A DNA stretch of 59,304 bases, the filler included, from Catajapyx aquilonaris (lineage: Eukaryota): the NCBI GenBank assembly GCA_000934665.2. It is 2 parts of 2 records of this genome, joined end to end, with 100 filler letters (N's around TTAATTAATTAA, not from the genome) between each part and the next. Parts side by side here need not be neighbours in the genome. Positions count along the whole stretch, not along the records: positions 1 to 29,635 come from JYFJ02004770.1; positions 29,736 to 59,304 come from JYFJ02004771.1. The stretch is one strand, 5' to 3'. How positions within the stretch are numbered: position 1 is the stretch's first letter; each line of letters opens with the position of its first letter. The position numbers were made by a program, and so were the translations under genes. This document shows positions 23,336 to 35,221 of this stretch, one piece after another. The notes under the pieces were generated by a model that had not been told where the DNA came from, ran no database searches, and saw nothing but the letters and a program-made list of their open reading frames with translations.

Positions 23336-26300
23336 ATGATGGCAGCAGCACCTGTGGCAGCGGAGGACAAGAGCCTGGCAGAGTTGCATTGGGCAGCAAA
23401 GAATGGGTCTCTGACCACTGTCCAGCTCTTGTTGGACAGAGGGGACAATGTGGACGCCCTGAGCAGGAATGGGGTCACCCCTCTGATGGTGGCCTCCAGA
23501 CGGGGTTGGCTGCAGGTGTGCCAGGAGCTGGTCAAGAGGGGGGCCAGGGTCAATCGGGCCTCCACTGACCAAGAGAAGACTGCCCTGCACGAAGCGACGG
23601 AGAACAACTGGCCGCAGGTGTGTCGCTTCCTGCTGGAGGAAGGGGCCGACCCAATGGTGAAGACCAGGTCAGGGGACACCTGTCTCCACATAGCTGCGGA
23701 ATGTGGACACCTCGTTGCGGGGAGGCTCCTCTTGGAGTGGGGGGCAGATCCGGAGGAAAGGAACGGGGAGAAGATGACGCCTGTTGGGCTAGCTGTGAAG
23801 AGAGATCGAAGTGTAATGACCCCGTTCCTCTTAGGGATTAAAAAGGACATTCACATTATGGCGGCCATGGGAAAGGAGGAAGATGTCGAGAGGTTGTTGG
23901 AAGAAGGAGTGGAGATGAATACGAGGAATGATAATGGGGAGACCCCCCTGATGATCGCGTGTAGGGCCAGGAAGGTGGGCCTCTGCAAGTCTCTTCTGGA
24001 CGCGACTCGAAGGGACGAAGTGGACGCGAAGGACGAGGACGGAAGGACCGCCCTTCACTGGTCTTCCGGAAGCGGCTTGGCTGAGACATGCAGAATCCTA
24101 CTGGTCAAAGGGGCCTCGGTGGACGCCCGTACCATCCGCAGTGGACACACCCCTCTGCACTTAGCCTGCATGTTTGGCCATCTGGAGGTGGCCAGGGTCC
24201 TCTTGTTGGAGGGAAAGAGTGACCCCCAGGCCACAAACAATGATAACCGCACACCCGCCTCACTCGCTCTTCTCAAGACGCATGTGCAAGTGCATCGATT
24301 CATCATGGGTCACTTGAACTCAACTCATGCCAGTCAGGACAGGTGAGTGAATGAATCGTCACAACACTCTTCATGCATTAAGCTGGTTCTACACTGACTT
24401 CTTTTCTCTCAAGGAACAGTCCAGTTAATCGTTACGAGAAGTTGCGAGAAACTGAGCCAGAGGTTCTTCCTAATACTGTAGTAATTTCATATGAACCTGA
24501 AAACTGTCCACATTTTCGTTTATTGATTAATATTCTAAAAATGCAAGTTTATTGTCGATTTCAGATCGGACGCACACAAGACAGAAGTCCAACCTACCTT
24601 TCAGTCGAGGTACATGCAAGACTTCAACCACTTGGGTCTGCTGGGAAGAGGGTCGTTCGGGGATGTGTTTAAAGCAGAGTACAAAATTGTGAAGGCTATC
24701 TACGCCGTGAAGAAGGTTGTGCTGCCGGAAGAACAAAAGTACAAGGACAAAATACTAAGGGAGGTCCGAGCACTGGTTGTGCTGGAGCACGACAACATCG
24801 TCAGGTACTACCACTCTTGGGAGGAACACCCACCTCGCCACGTCCAAAAGGAATGGGACGCATCGCTTCTCAACTGCGACATGTCCACTACCGAGGGTCA
24901 AGAAGCCTCTGAATACTTTACCGCACCGCTGCAAATCTCAGGACCAACCATGGACTTGCTCTACATCCAGATGGAGTTGTGCCACAAGAAGACTCTGGGA
25001 CACAGGCTGGAAGAGGGATTCAAGCTCTACAAGTTTGCGAAACTGACTCTCTTCCAGCAGATCGTGTCAGGGGTCTGTTTCCTCCACAGCAAAAATATGA
25101 TCCACCGAGACCTCAAGCCGCATAATGTCCTGTTCGCTCTAGATGGAAAGAAGATCAAAATAGCGGACTTTGGTCTCAGCACCACCTTGAATGAGGCCCG
25201 TGAACAGCAGTCGGGTCAAGATTCCTCCTCAGATAGAAAACCCAAGTCACAGGAACACACAGTGGGTGTTGGGACCAAAATGTATATGTCCCCCGAGCAA
25301 CTGGAAGGAATGAGATGTGGCCACAAATCCGACGTGTACTCCCTTGGCCTGATCCTTTATGAAATTCTGAATCCCTTTGGAGATTACAAGGCAGAGAGGA
25401 GACGGGTCTTTGGCCTCCTCAGAAATCAGGACCCATACCCATCTGAGTTTCTTCGACTGCACTCGAGTGAAGCAGAGATCGTTAGGAAGATGCTTCTTCC
25501 TGATCCATCACAACGTCTGGCATCCCTAGCTGTGGCGAGAGACGTGAAGTCATTACTGGATGTCATGCAAAAGGTGAGATTATACGGGGTCTGTTTACAC
25601 AGAATAAGGGAATAATCATTATTTTGGTCATCACTGATTAGTTACCTAGAAAATAGCGATTCACTATTGTCACTCCCCGTCTCGTCCTGTTTCAGTTGGA
25701 CACCCAGGAATACGTGGATGCTTGCGTGGTAGGTAGACTGTCTGATGTTGTGGACTATGTTGACAGGAGGGGAGTGGACGTGGAGTCGACGGTGGATCTG
25801 GTGTACAGGTGGAGCGGGATCCATTGGGCTTCATTTATGGGTCGCTCCTCGGTGGTCAGATTTCTTCTCGACAGGGGTGTGGACGTGGACCAAGGGGTTG
25901 AGAGGAATTGGAGCCCCATGCGCCACGCTGCATGGAGTGGTCATGAGTCCACGGTCCACCTCCTCGTGGAGAGAGGAGCAGACCCAACCAGGATAGACGT
26001 GGATGGCATGACCCCTGGAGATTGGGCAGAAGAAAGAGGCCACTCTTCACTCTCCCTCCTGCTGAAGCAAAAGGAGAAGGAATGGCGTGATTCACACGCT
26101 GGTCAGGAGCAATCTTCGGGACAAACCGAACAGGCAAGGCTGTATTCCTAACTAGAGAGCAAGTAGCTATTAACATGTACGTACCAAAAGCAGTGTCGGG
26201 ATACTGTGAACCCTATCTTCTGGGCTTATCACCTGCCGAAGGGTTTTGCAGCGGGTGCTCACCTGAAACCGCCACGAGACATTTCCCAGAGCATTTATGT

Positions 26301-28021
26301 GGCGACCCTACCGGACTAAGGCTGAACTATATAGGTCCGGTAGGCGGTAGCCTTAGTCCGGTAGGGTCGCCACATAAATGCTCTGGGAAATGTCTCGTGG
26401 CGGTTTCAGGTGAGCACCCGCTGCAAAACCCTTCGGCAGGGGTTGGGTGGGGAGTGACCTAACCTGAGTCTTCTACAACCATGCTGTGAACCAACATAAC
26501 GCGCTCCGGCCACGGGCCACCGGGCGCCCGTGGCGTGGATTTGAATTGGGGATCTGATGCGGGAGAAACCATGAGGTACGGTACCATGGGAGCAAACAGA
26601 TCCCGTGGGCTCGGTATCCAACTTGCTCAGTCAGCCTCCATGTGGCCGGGGGAGGTGTGGGCTGGACTGGTGGGGCAGGGATATAGCAGCCGGCCTACTT
26701 TGACCTATATTTCTTGGATTACCGTTCGCCGTAGAAAAAAAAAACCCCCGATGGTACATATCACCGGAATCAGGATTTTCTGTAAATTTTAGAGACCAAC
26801 TTGTATTTTGAGTGGACTGGCCCTTTAACTTGTCGATCACTGGGACGCTTACCTTACGTGACTGATGTTCTCGTTGGAGATATCAGTGTTTTAAGTACGG
26901 TACTGTATTTTGTAGTAGTAGCTACAAAGTCAATAACCAGCAGATGGCGCGCGTGTCCTGATCCAGCCATCCCACCCTTCAGCCCGCGCAATACGCAATT
27001 TCCCCTTATTCCTTTGTTCTTGGTCCTCACCCACTCTTGATATCCAGTCCTGTAGTGAGCCCTATAGCCTACACTATCCATCCAGACATGTAGAAGGGAG
27101 CTTCCCTTCCCTACGCAGCCCAAAGTTCTAACAGTTCTGCATTTTCAGGTGAGGATTTTTCTGTCCGCCTGTGAAGAAGGAAGTTTGGAGGAAGTGAAGG
27201 GGGTGGTTGAGGGAATGGGGGGAGTGGGAGGACTGTTGGGGGAGGTTGGGAAGGATGGGTTGGGTGGATTACACCTGGCAGCGAAAAGTGGTCATGAAGA
27301 GGTGGTGTCCCTCTTGTTGGAGGAAGGGTGGCCTGTGGACCAGGAAGTGGCTGGAGGATGGACACCCCTCCATCTGGCAGCCGATGATGGACAGCCTTTG
27401 ACGTGTCAACTACTGATCAGAAGAGGCGCCAATCTGCAGGCTATGGGCAGGGACGGATACCAGCCCATCCATGTGGCTTCAGCAGAAGGCCACATCCCAG
27501 TGGTTGACCTCCTGCTGGAGGAAGGGGTCGAGGTGGAGGTCAAGGGGCGGGGTGATCAGACCCCTCTTCACAGGGCAGCAGACAATGGCCGCCTGGAGAT
27601 GGTCCAGTTCCTGGTGTCTGAAGGGGCCAATCTGCAGGCTTTGGACAGTAGAGGAGACCAGCCCATCCACTTGGCTTCAAGAGAAGGCCACCTCCCAGTG
27701 GTTGACCTCCTGCTGAAGGAAGGGGTCGAGGTGGTGGTCAAGGGGAGATGGAATCAGACCCCTCTGGATATGGTCCAGTTCCTGGTGTGCAAAGGGGCCA
27801 ATCTGCAGGCTTTGGACAGTGACGGAGACCAGCCCATCCACTTGGCTTCAGGAGAAGGCCACCTCCCGGTGGTTGACCTCCTACTGAAGGAAGGGGTCGA
27901 GGTGGAGGTCAAGGGGTGGGGTGATCGGACCCCGCTTCACACGGCAGCATTGAATGGCCGCCTGGAGATGGTCCAGTTCCTTGTGTCCAAAGGGGCTGAT
28001 CCAGCAGGGGACAAGGACTAG
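23336..28021 (+). CDS. Ankyrin-repeat / eIF2-alpha (PERK-like) kinase / ankyrin-repeat fusion protein; exons 23336-24342, 24565-25573, 25696-26133 (or stop at 26151), 27149-28021
   Basis: Exon 1 has about 8-9 ANK repeats (LHWAAKNG, TPLMVAS, TALHEA, TCLHIAA, TPLMIAC, TALHWSS, TPLHLAC). A phase-2 GT-AG intron joins it in frame to SRYMQDF..LGRGSFGDVFKA..YAVKK..ILREV..EHDNIVRYYHSWEEHPP..LYIQMELC..HRDLKPHN..DFGL..HTVGVGTKMYMSPEQ..KSDVYSLGLIL. A phase-0 intron joins this to further ANK repeats. The link to the last exon needs a GC donor (CAG/GCAAG at 26134). Confidence 0.8.
26232..26440. repeat. Perfect inverted repeat: 92-bp arms (26232-26323, 26349-26440) with a 25-nt loop
   Basis: The arms are exact reverse complements by inspection (CCTGCCGAAGGG...CCGGACTAAGGCT / AGCCTTAGTCCGG...CCCTTCGGCAGG). 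Confidence 0.95.
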
Positions 28022-28102
28022 GATGGATTCACACCCGCTGGCCTTGCCGAGAAGGAGGATCACACAGAAGTGGCTCAATATCTAAATGTGAGACCTTTTA
28101 TT

Positions 28103-28449
28103 TTTTATAATTTTTTACGTTGCCCCATGATAGGGCCAGAGGCCCTTATAGGGGGGTGGAATACCACCATTTTTCCTACAATTGTCTGATTTTCTTCTAA
28201 CACTGGTGCGAGGATGAAATGACATGGGGTAAGGATAGGGATTTTTGAGGAGGGAACATGTGGTGCAAGTGCAGTGTCTGAAAAGGGGTCACGTGCTGTT
28301 CCCCAGGAGGTTAGGTTGCCAGACACCTCCTTGGTGCAGGGCAGAGACCGTCCCGACGCAGGTGGAAGGGAACTCCCAGGCGGGGATCGAACCTGGGACC
28401 TTTCACTCAGCAAGCCGAGACGTTACCATCTCGGCCACCACTCCTCCCC
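28103..28449 (-). mobile_element. tRNA-derived SINE, family A
   Basis: Minus strand carries A-box TGGCCGAGATGG and B-box GGTTCGATCCC. The body matches the copies at 46180 and 48552. It has an A-rich tail and a near-identical TSD TGAG(A/T)CCTTTTATT. Confidence 0.85.
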
Positions 28450-29635
28450 TGAGTCCTTTTATTACGCATGAATTTGATGTTTTCATGATTCCGTGGCACA
28501 GTTAAAAACAACAATATCGCAATCATTTTCGAAATATGAGTCACAACACAATCATCTGGCTCACCTCACACCATCATGAGAAGATGGCTTTTGACTAGTT
28601 ATTTGTGGTTGCAGATGCTTATCATGTGATGCGTCGCCAGGAATGGTGGACATTCTGCCAGTGTTTCATATTACCACCGATAGGAGGCGGACGATCATTT
28701 GTACGGGATGAACCAGAGTTCTCTGACGGAAAGAGACACCAGGATCTCACTACTTTGTGGACCAATCTTAAATATGGAATAGCCATTTTGTCACACACAT
28801 CGTATATTTCATACACACTTTGAGATCAATGAAATATCTCAATTGAAAGTAGCTTTTTCGGGCCCAAGAGCAAAATGCAACGCAAAACCTCATAAGCGGA
28901 ATGAGACACCATTATCTCCCAAACATAATTGCAATATTAATTTTTTAGAGTCACCAGGGTATGCAGGAGTCTATTACCTTCATACACATTGAAAAATCAA
29001 ATTAATTCGATCAAAATTAACCGAGTTACAGCTGTTTTACACTTCAAACCCTATGTAGCTTATGGGCGCAGGAGTCGCAAGGCCGATGTCCACCATTCCT
29101 GGCGACGGAAAGATTATGAATAATTAGGCACTGGAGATGCTACCGGTAGACCATTACAAAAAAAAATGCGTCCAGTATTTCCCATCTCTTGCTTTGAAAT
29201 ATTTAAATGTAATCAGACTCTAGCATGTACCGAAGGATATTAAATTTTCGTAGCTTATCTGCATCCCAAATATCCAATGGCTACTCTATTTGGCACTTTT
29301 GTTCCCCTCCCAATCTGCTCGCCGGATTCGTCGTCACTAATATGCCCAATAAATAAACCAGGAAATGAAATTGACAATTTTCAATTTACATTTGAAAGAG
29401 CTGTTAATTCACATTCTAAGATATTGGTACAGTAGTTATAATACATTCATATACACAACTCCACATGCCATGCACTGTACTTGGCTTACCAATAATATAT
29501 TACACTATGGAACAAAATCGAACCTTTTTTGGTATACGTACTTGCTCTGATCTGAAAATATTGGGACACCCCCAAAAAATGGAGTGGTGGGGTTATACAC
29601 AGGATGTGATAAAAAGTTTCCATTAAGATTATCTG

Positions 29636-29735
29636 NNNNNNNNNNNNNNNNNNNNNNNNNNNNNNNNNNNNNNNNNNNNTTAATTAATTAANNNNNNNNN
29701 NNNNNNNNNNNNNNNNNNNNNNNNNNNNNNNNNNN
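29636..29735. other. Artificial contig spacer: 44 N + TTAATTAATTAA + 44 N
   Basis: A 100-nt gap containing a six-frame stop linker at 29680-29691. Confidence 0.95.
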
Positions 29736-32083
29736 CTAATAAATTATTAGGTTCTTGGAGGACAAGGTTATATTCTTATTAGAAGGGCCCTTAAAAGTTG
29801 ATACAGTAATATTGCTAATTAGAACGTACTAATTGGAATATACGTACCTTGTCCTTCAAGAACTCAACCTTTATTGACCATTCCATTCAGCTCTTAAGTC
29901 ATTACTTTTTAATAATTTATTATAATTATTCAACCTTTGTGCACTATTATATTGGTCAGTTTATTGAGTAGGCTACATTACATTAATGGTGTATGTTTTT
30001 GCAATGTGTAGATCGAACTGGCCATGGCCAAATACTGTATAGTATATGCAGGTTACGGTGAATTTGTAACCTACCGAAACTTTGGGGATGGTAGAGGGAT
30101 TCTAGGCCATCATTTTAAGTACAGTATATTTATCGTGGGTCTCCGCAACATATTGTTAAAGAGGTAATTAACATTAAATAAAAGTGAATTACACCACCTT
30201 CTCTGTGTGTGTGTGTGTGAGTGTGTACCGGTCTTCAATAAACTCTGGGGACGGAAATGGGAGTTTTTACTGTAACTGTGGGGATGTCCTCCCATTTGTG
30301 GGGACATTTTGGTCCCCACGTGTCCAACGCCTGGCTTTCTACTGCTTTAGTGGGGACACTAGTGGGGACATGTCCCCACAATTTCGTTTCTTTAAAATCC
30401 ATTTATCTCAACCTAGGTTACTTATGGTAGGGTAGGTTAGGATAGGTTAGGTTAGCATAATTTATGTTAGGATAAGAGCAAAAACATTCCCTTGAGTGAA
30501 AAAAGGGTAGTAAGACCTCCGTGGCGGAATGAAAGTATACTGAAACAAGGCAGGCGCACGTAAGAACTTCACCAATTGATTTAAGTTGTACCATAGGTCT
30601 TACTCAAGCAATTACCAATTTACTGCTCATGAAATCACCTTTCTGAAAACAGTTTGTGGAATTTTCGTCGTACTACTAGTTACTTCTAACTTAGCAGTAC
30701 CAGTGCAGTGCAATATAGCTAATAGCAATAGTAGCACGACGAAAATTCCACTAATAAATTTTCCGTGAGCCACTCCATATTAGTGTTTTATGAAATTAGG
30801 AACTTCAATATTAAGCACATTGAATTTCTATACTATTGGTGCGAATTATTGCCATGAATCATTCATGCAGAATCGTCACCTCTTTTAGATGCTGATTTTA
30901 ACTCCAATGTTTAATTTCTCACATGTAAAAGTGAATTGGTGAATTTTAGAGGGTATTTTTTGATTGGGTTCTGCATTTTCTGGAGAGAAAATTTCCAAGT
31001 CTGTGAGGATGGGTTTAGCTTTTTTTTCTTCGTTTTTTTTCTTCTTTTCATTATAAAACCCTCCCTACTGCTCTGAGTAGTTTGCAGCAGTAATTTTTAC
31101 AAGCCGTTCCATACAGTACTTGAGAATTGCTTGAGTAAGACTAACTTATGGTACAGCTTAAATCAATTGGTGAAGGTCTTATGTGCGCCTGCCTTGTTTC
31201 AGTACTTTCATTCCGCCACCACACAAGGGAATGTTTTTGCTCTTATTTCAGTTCTTTCTTTAAACCCCTTCGCAATACCAGATATACCGCCATCGCCTAG
31301 GTTGTCGCTTACACGTAGGCTAAACTCTCGCAGAGCAGCGGGGTAACATTTCGCTAACAAATGGAGAGGTTCTAAATGAAGTATTTCATGGAAAAAATTA
31401 GTGAAAAAAATCATAACTTCAATCCTGCAGCAGGTGGAACTGCGAGGCTTTGGACATAGGTCCGCACCATCCTACTGAGCATTCGACCCTTTGATGAAGG
31501 AACCAAATTCCGAATAGTTATTGAGCATAAAAATAGAAACGTATTTTTTAGTGGTTTTTAATTTTTTGCGGTGTTTTGAAGAGGAATTGGGTTTAGCTGT
31601 AAATGGTAGGAATGCACTTCATGACGGTGGGGATCGGTGTTCATAATTTTGAAGCTCTTATCTTTTGTGTAATTTGAGTTAGGGCGAAATAAAAACACGT
31701 AACAACAACAAGTAGGAAAAATTCATTGTTGAAAATTGTTGTACGGTCTTACTTAGGGGCTACCGCCCCTAAAATACACTAGCTTTCAAAAGTTGTGGCC
31801 CATAGCTTATTGAGGACAAGTCTGTCGTGTGCCAGTGGTAGTCATGCAAGCAACCGAGAATTTGCTCATGTCATTCGTTGTTGCAAACAGTCCATTTTAA
31901 GGTCGTCTAAAGCACTGTTTTTACTCTCGAAAAGAATTAGCGTAAATCTTGGCCCGAATATATGGGCGAACTGAACTTCCTGAAATATAGCTGCTGATCA
32001 TTTTTGTATTTGAAAAAAGCGAAAAAAAACATTGCAAATCAATAATGCAAAAGTTCTCTACTACTTGATTCCCTCTTCCGCAG

Positions 32084-35000
32084 GAAGTGGCCGTGGCTCC
32101 AAACACGTGGGATTTCACGCATGTTGCCAACTTCCCAACAGGCCGGATATTTGTACTACGGAATCGGTTCATCGACGACCCTTCTTACTTCTGGACACAG
32201 GAGTCAAAGTACTACAATTACAAGTACATGCTCAACGTTGTAAACCAGGTTTTGCATTGTGGCCCGGATCCTGATCCTGAGACTACGAGAAGCTTCAAGA
32301 GAGCGGATACATTTAAGTTCATGAAGGAGTTCATAACAAAGATGGCCGTCACACGGGGGAGTACGGTTTCATCACTACCACCTGAACAGACCGTGAAGGG
32401 AATGATCCGCAACGGTGCTCGACCCTGTGAAATATGGCCCGATCCGAAGGTGTGTCTTTTCTGTCTAATTTAACGAATTTCCAGCATCCCACGCTACCCA
32501 CACCATGCGTATGGTAATAGTCTGCCGTGGTTTGTCGTCCGGGTGTCACTCTCCGATTAGCAGACACGCCTTATTTCCATCTAATGTTCATGTCGAATTT
32601 TTCAACTAGCCCACATGAAAGTGACTGAGCTTATTTCAATATAAGTCCTTTAGGACCCATGATCAAGACCTGTTGTGGCATGAATGAGGGTCTGCAGCAG
32701 CCAGAATTTCATGAAATTAAGTCATGTATTCAATCCGACATACTATAATGTTGTTGTGGAGCCTGACACTCCAAAGTTCTGAAGGTTATAAAGTTAGCAT
32801 CGTTTCCATTTTTGAACTGTGATAAAAATGTAGCAAACTAATTATTGCTGGCAAGGAATGAGAAGTTGCTGGCAAGGAATGAGAAGTTTTCCCCGCCACC
32901 TTTCGAGAGAGCAAGTTAGTAGTCTTACGCTTCCCCTGAGCCCTTACACCTGCAAATCGAAGGTAAACTCATCATGACAAGGATTGGAGATCGCCACCAT
33001 ATGTGAGTCATAGAAAACTATTACCCTCAAACCGCCTCTCGTTCTTTGTGCCCCGTGGCCAAGTCACTTAATTTAGTGTATGGTCTAGAAGAAAGCCTTT
33101 CCGTCCATGCCTGAGCCGACAACTTTTAAGGCCAGACAAAGTAAGGAAAGTAACCAAACCAGTCTCTTAAGTGTCGAAGAAAGCCTTGGCTTCCTCCCCT
33201 GATCTCGCGCCTTTTTTCGCCAGAGGAATATACAGACTTGGCGCGTTTTTTACGAGTGCGTTTTTGGTGAGATGTCACTTTAATGAAAATGTTCCCAATA
33301 ATCATTTCAACTGTGAAAATGAACCGAAGCAGGTTGGCATAGTGGATAAGGCGTCCGACTGCTAATCGGAAGGTCCTGGGTTCGAATCCCGGTGCCGGCA
33401 ACTCTAACCGTGGTTTTCTGTGGTTTCCCACGGTTTCTCCAGGAGAATTCCGGAGTTGTTTCCTAATAAACAGGCCACAGCCGCCCCCTTCCTTTCCTAT
33501 CCTCTCCCAAAGAGCAATAAGTAAAAATGCAAGCAAAGAGTTCCAGACAAAACAAAAATTCCCCCCTAAAGAGCCGCCGGCTGATAACGGGGTATGAATT
33601 ATTAACTGTGAAAATGAAGTACCACTGCCAGTCCCCTTCCATTAATATGCCATGTAGCGGAAAGTCCTTTAATAATTATTAACTGTCATGCATTAATGTA
33701 AGGTGCCATTTGCAGGTATGTGGCAACACACCAGAGGACAAGGATGACGAAGACAGCGATCGAGAGGTGATATTGATAGAAGCCACCGAGGAAGCCCTGA
33801 CAGAGGCGCTGGGCCAGAATCGGCAGAGGAATTTTCTCGCTAGCTTGGCTGAGGAACGAGAACGGGAAGCAGAAAAGAGGGCGAGAAGGATGCTCTTTGG
33901 TCCGAGCGATGGGGACAGAAGGGGTAGCGAGACAGAGGGTTCCATAGGAGATGATGGTTTCTATGCCTCCTACAAGTCCAACGAGACCGTCATCCTGGTG
34001 TACAACTGCTCTCTAGCCATGATTCGTGGAGCTGACCCAGAAGACATAGAAAAACTCGTAGACTCCCATCAGAGGGTCCAAGGATATGATGTTCCGCCAG
34101 CTACGGGCGGACATGACCGTCCCGAAGTCCGGAAATCGGAGCAAGTACTTGCCATGCTCAAGGAACTTCTCTTAGACTACAAGATAAAGTGTGGCGCTCG
34201 TCCTGCCCACGAACGACCCAGGGCAGCACAGGAGAGGCATAGGCTCAAAGGAGCTCTTGTTCCGCTAGCTGCCGCCGCTGCCATAGCTAAGGGCGGACAT
34301 GACGGACTGCAGGGCCAATCCCGGAGTATTGGCGAGATATACGCCAAAAAAGCTACAAGTAAGAGGCAGCTTATTGATGAGCAGATGAAGCTTTTAAAGC
34401 GTTTGGAATGCGAGGTAGAAGCGGAGGGGAATGAGTGGATGAGGAAGAGGGGTATGGGTACAGGTGGTGATGAGAAAAAGGGTTCCAGAGGAGAGGCTAA
34501 GGCTAAGGCTAAGGCCCATGGACGAGCTCAGACGAGCGTTCTTTCCCTAACCTCTGCTTCTGACCGAGAAAGGAGAGATCAAGGGACTCGCAGGTCTAAA
34601 GGATCTGTTGTTCCGCCAGATGCCTCCGCCAAAGCTAAGGGCAGACATGGGGGAAGGCAGGACCAAGCCGGGCTCGATGTGAAGATATTTGAAGAAGAAA
34701 GGGTGCAGCTTACCTTAGAGCTGCGCAAGAGGAATCAAATACGAGTAGCTTACGAACGAGCCATGCTAACAGAGGAGAGTAGGAATAGTCTTCGGGCCGC
34801 TGGGAATGAAGCAAGTGGAGGTCAAGAGGGTACCAGGGGAGATGCTGATGATTGCCACGAATCCACCGGCGACATGTTGACTGCTTCCTCTAATACGTCG
34901 GTCCCAAGAGGCACCCGTCTGGGCACCCGCTGGACCCAAGGATCTGTTCCGCCACGTTCCTCCACAACTAAGGGCGGACTTGACGGAAGGCGGAACCAAA

Positions 35001-35221
35001 CTCCGACTTCTATCCTGATACGTGAGGAAGACAGAAAGGAACTTGGCGATGTCAATGCCTATTGGGCGTGTGTTTTTAAGCGTCTTGAGTGTGAACTAAA
35101 CAGGGCAGCACTAGAGTGGTGGGACCAGCAGGCCCTCGCCGCTAGGGATGCAATAGCTAAAGTGCCCTATGTTGATCACCCTAATGACTCAGATCACGAG
35201 GATGACGCTACACAGGGCTGA
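32084..35221 (+). CDS. Divergent Rpn13/ADRM1 Pru-domain paralog 1 (exons 32084-32449 and 33716-35221; first exon not found)
   Basis: EVAVAPNTWDFTHVANFPTGRIFVLR...YFWTQE...VVNQVL matches the second half of the Pru domain. Exon structure and tail (EVILIE..E.AL...RG.DPEDIE...SEQ..SVVPP...EDDAT) are shared with the 37196 gene. Confidence 0.65.
33324..33603 (+). mobile_element. tRNA-derived SINE, family B, with 15-bp TSD, inside an intron of paralog 1
   Basis: Head TGGCATAGTGG...TCCGA-CTGCTAA-TCGGA...GGTTCGAATCCC. Body GTGGTTTTC..CTCCAGG..AGGCCACAGCCGC. TSD AACTGTGAAAATGAA at 33309-33323 and 33604-33618. Confidence 0.85.

Noticed and set aside
24414..24480. Extra mini-exon between the ANK and kinase exons
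   Set aside because: An acceptor exists, but no convincing phase-2 donor was found. Direct 24342-to-24565 splicing is already in frame.
23336..25573. RNase L ortholog (ANK + kinase)
   Set aside because: The kinase is an active-type eIF2-alpha-kinase sequence and is followed by ankyrin repeats, not a KEN ribonuclease domain.
26175..26462. 95-aa Cys-containing ORF
   Set aside because: It is a by-product of the perfect palindrome, with no coding signature.
33328..33400. tRNA-Ser(GCT)-like cloverleaf
   Set aside because: The acceptor stem does not pair and there is no long variable arm. It is followed by a SINE body and flanked by a 15-bp TSD.
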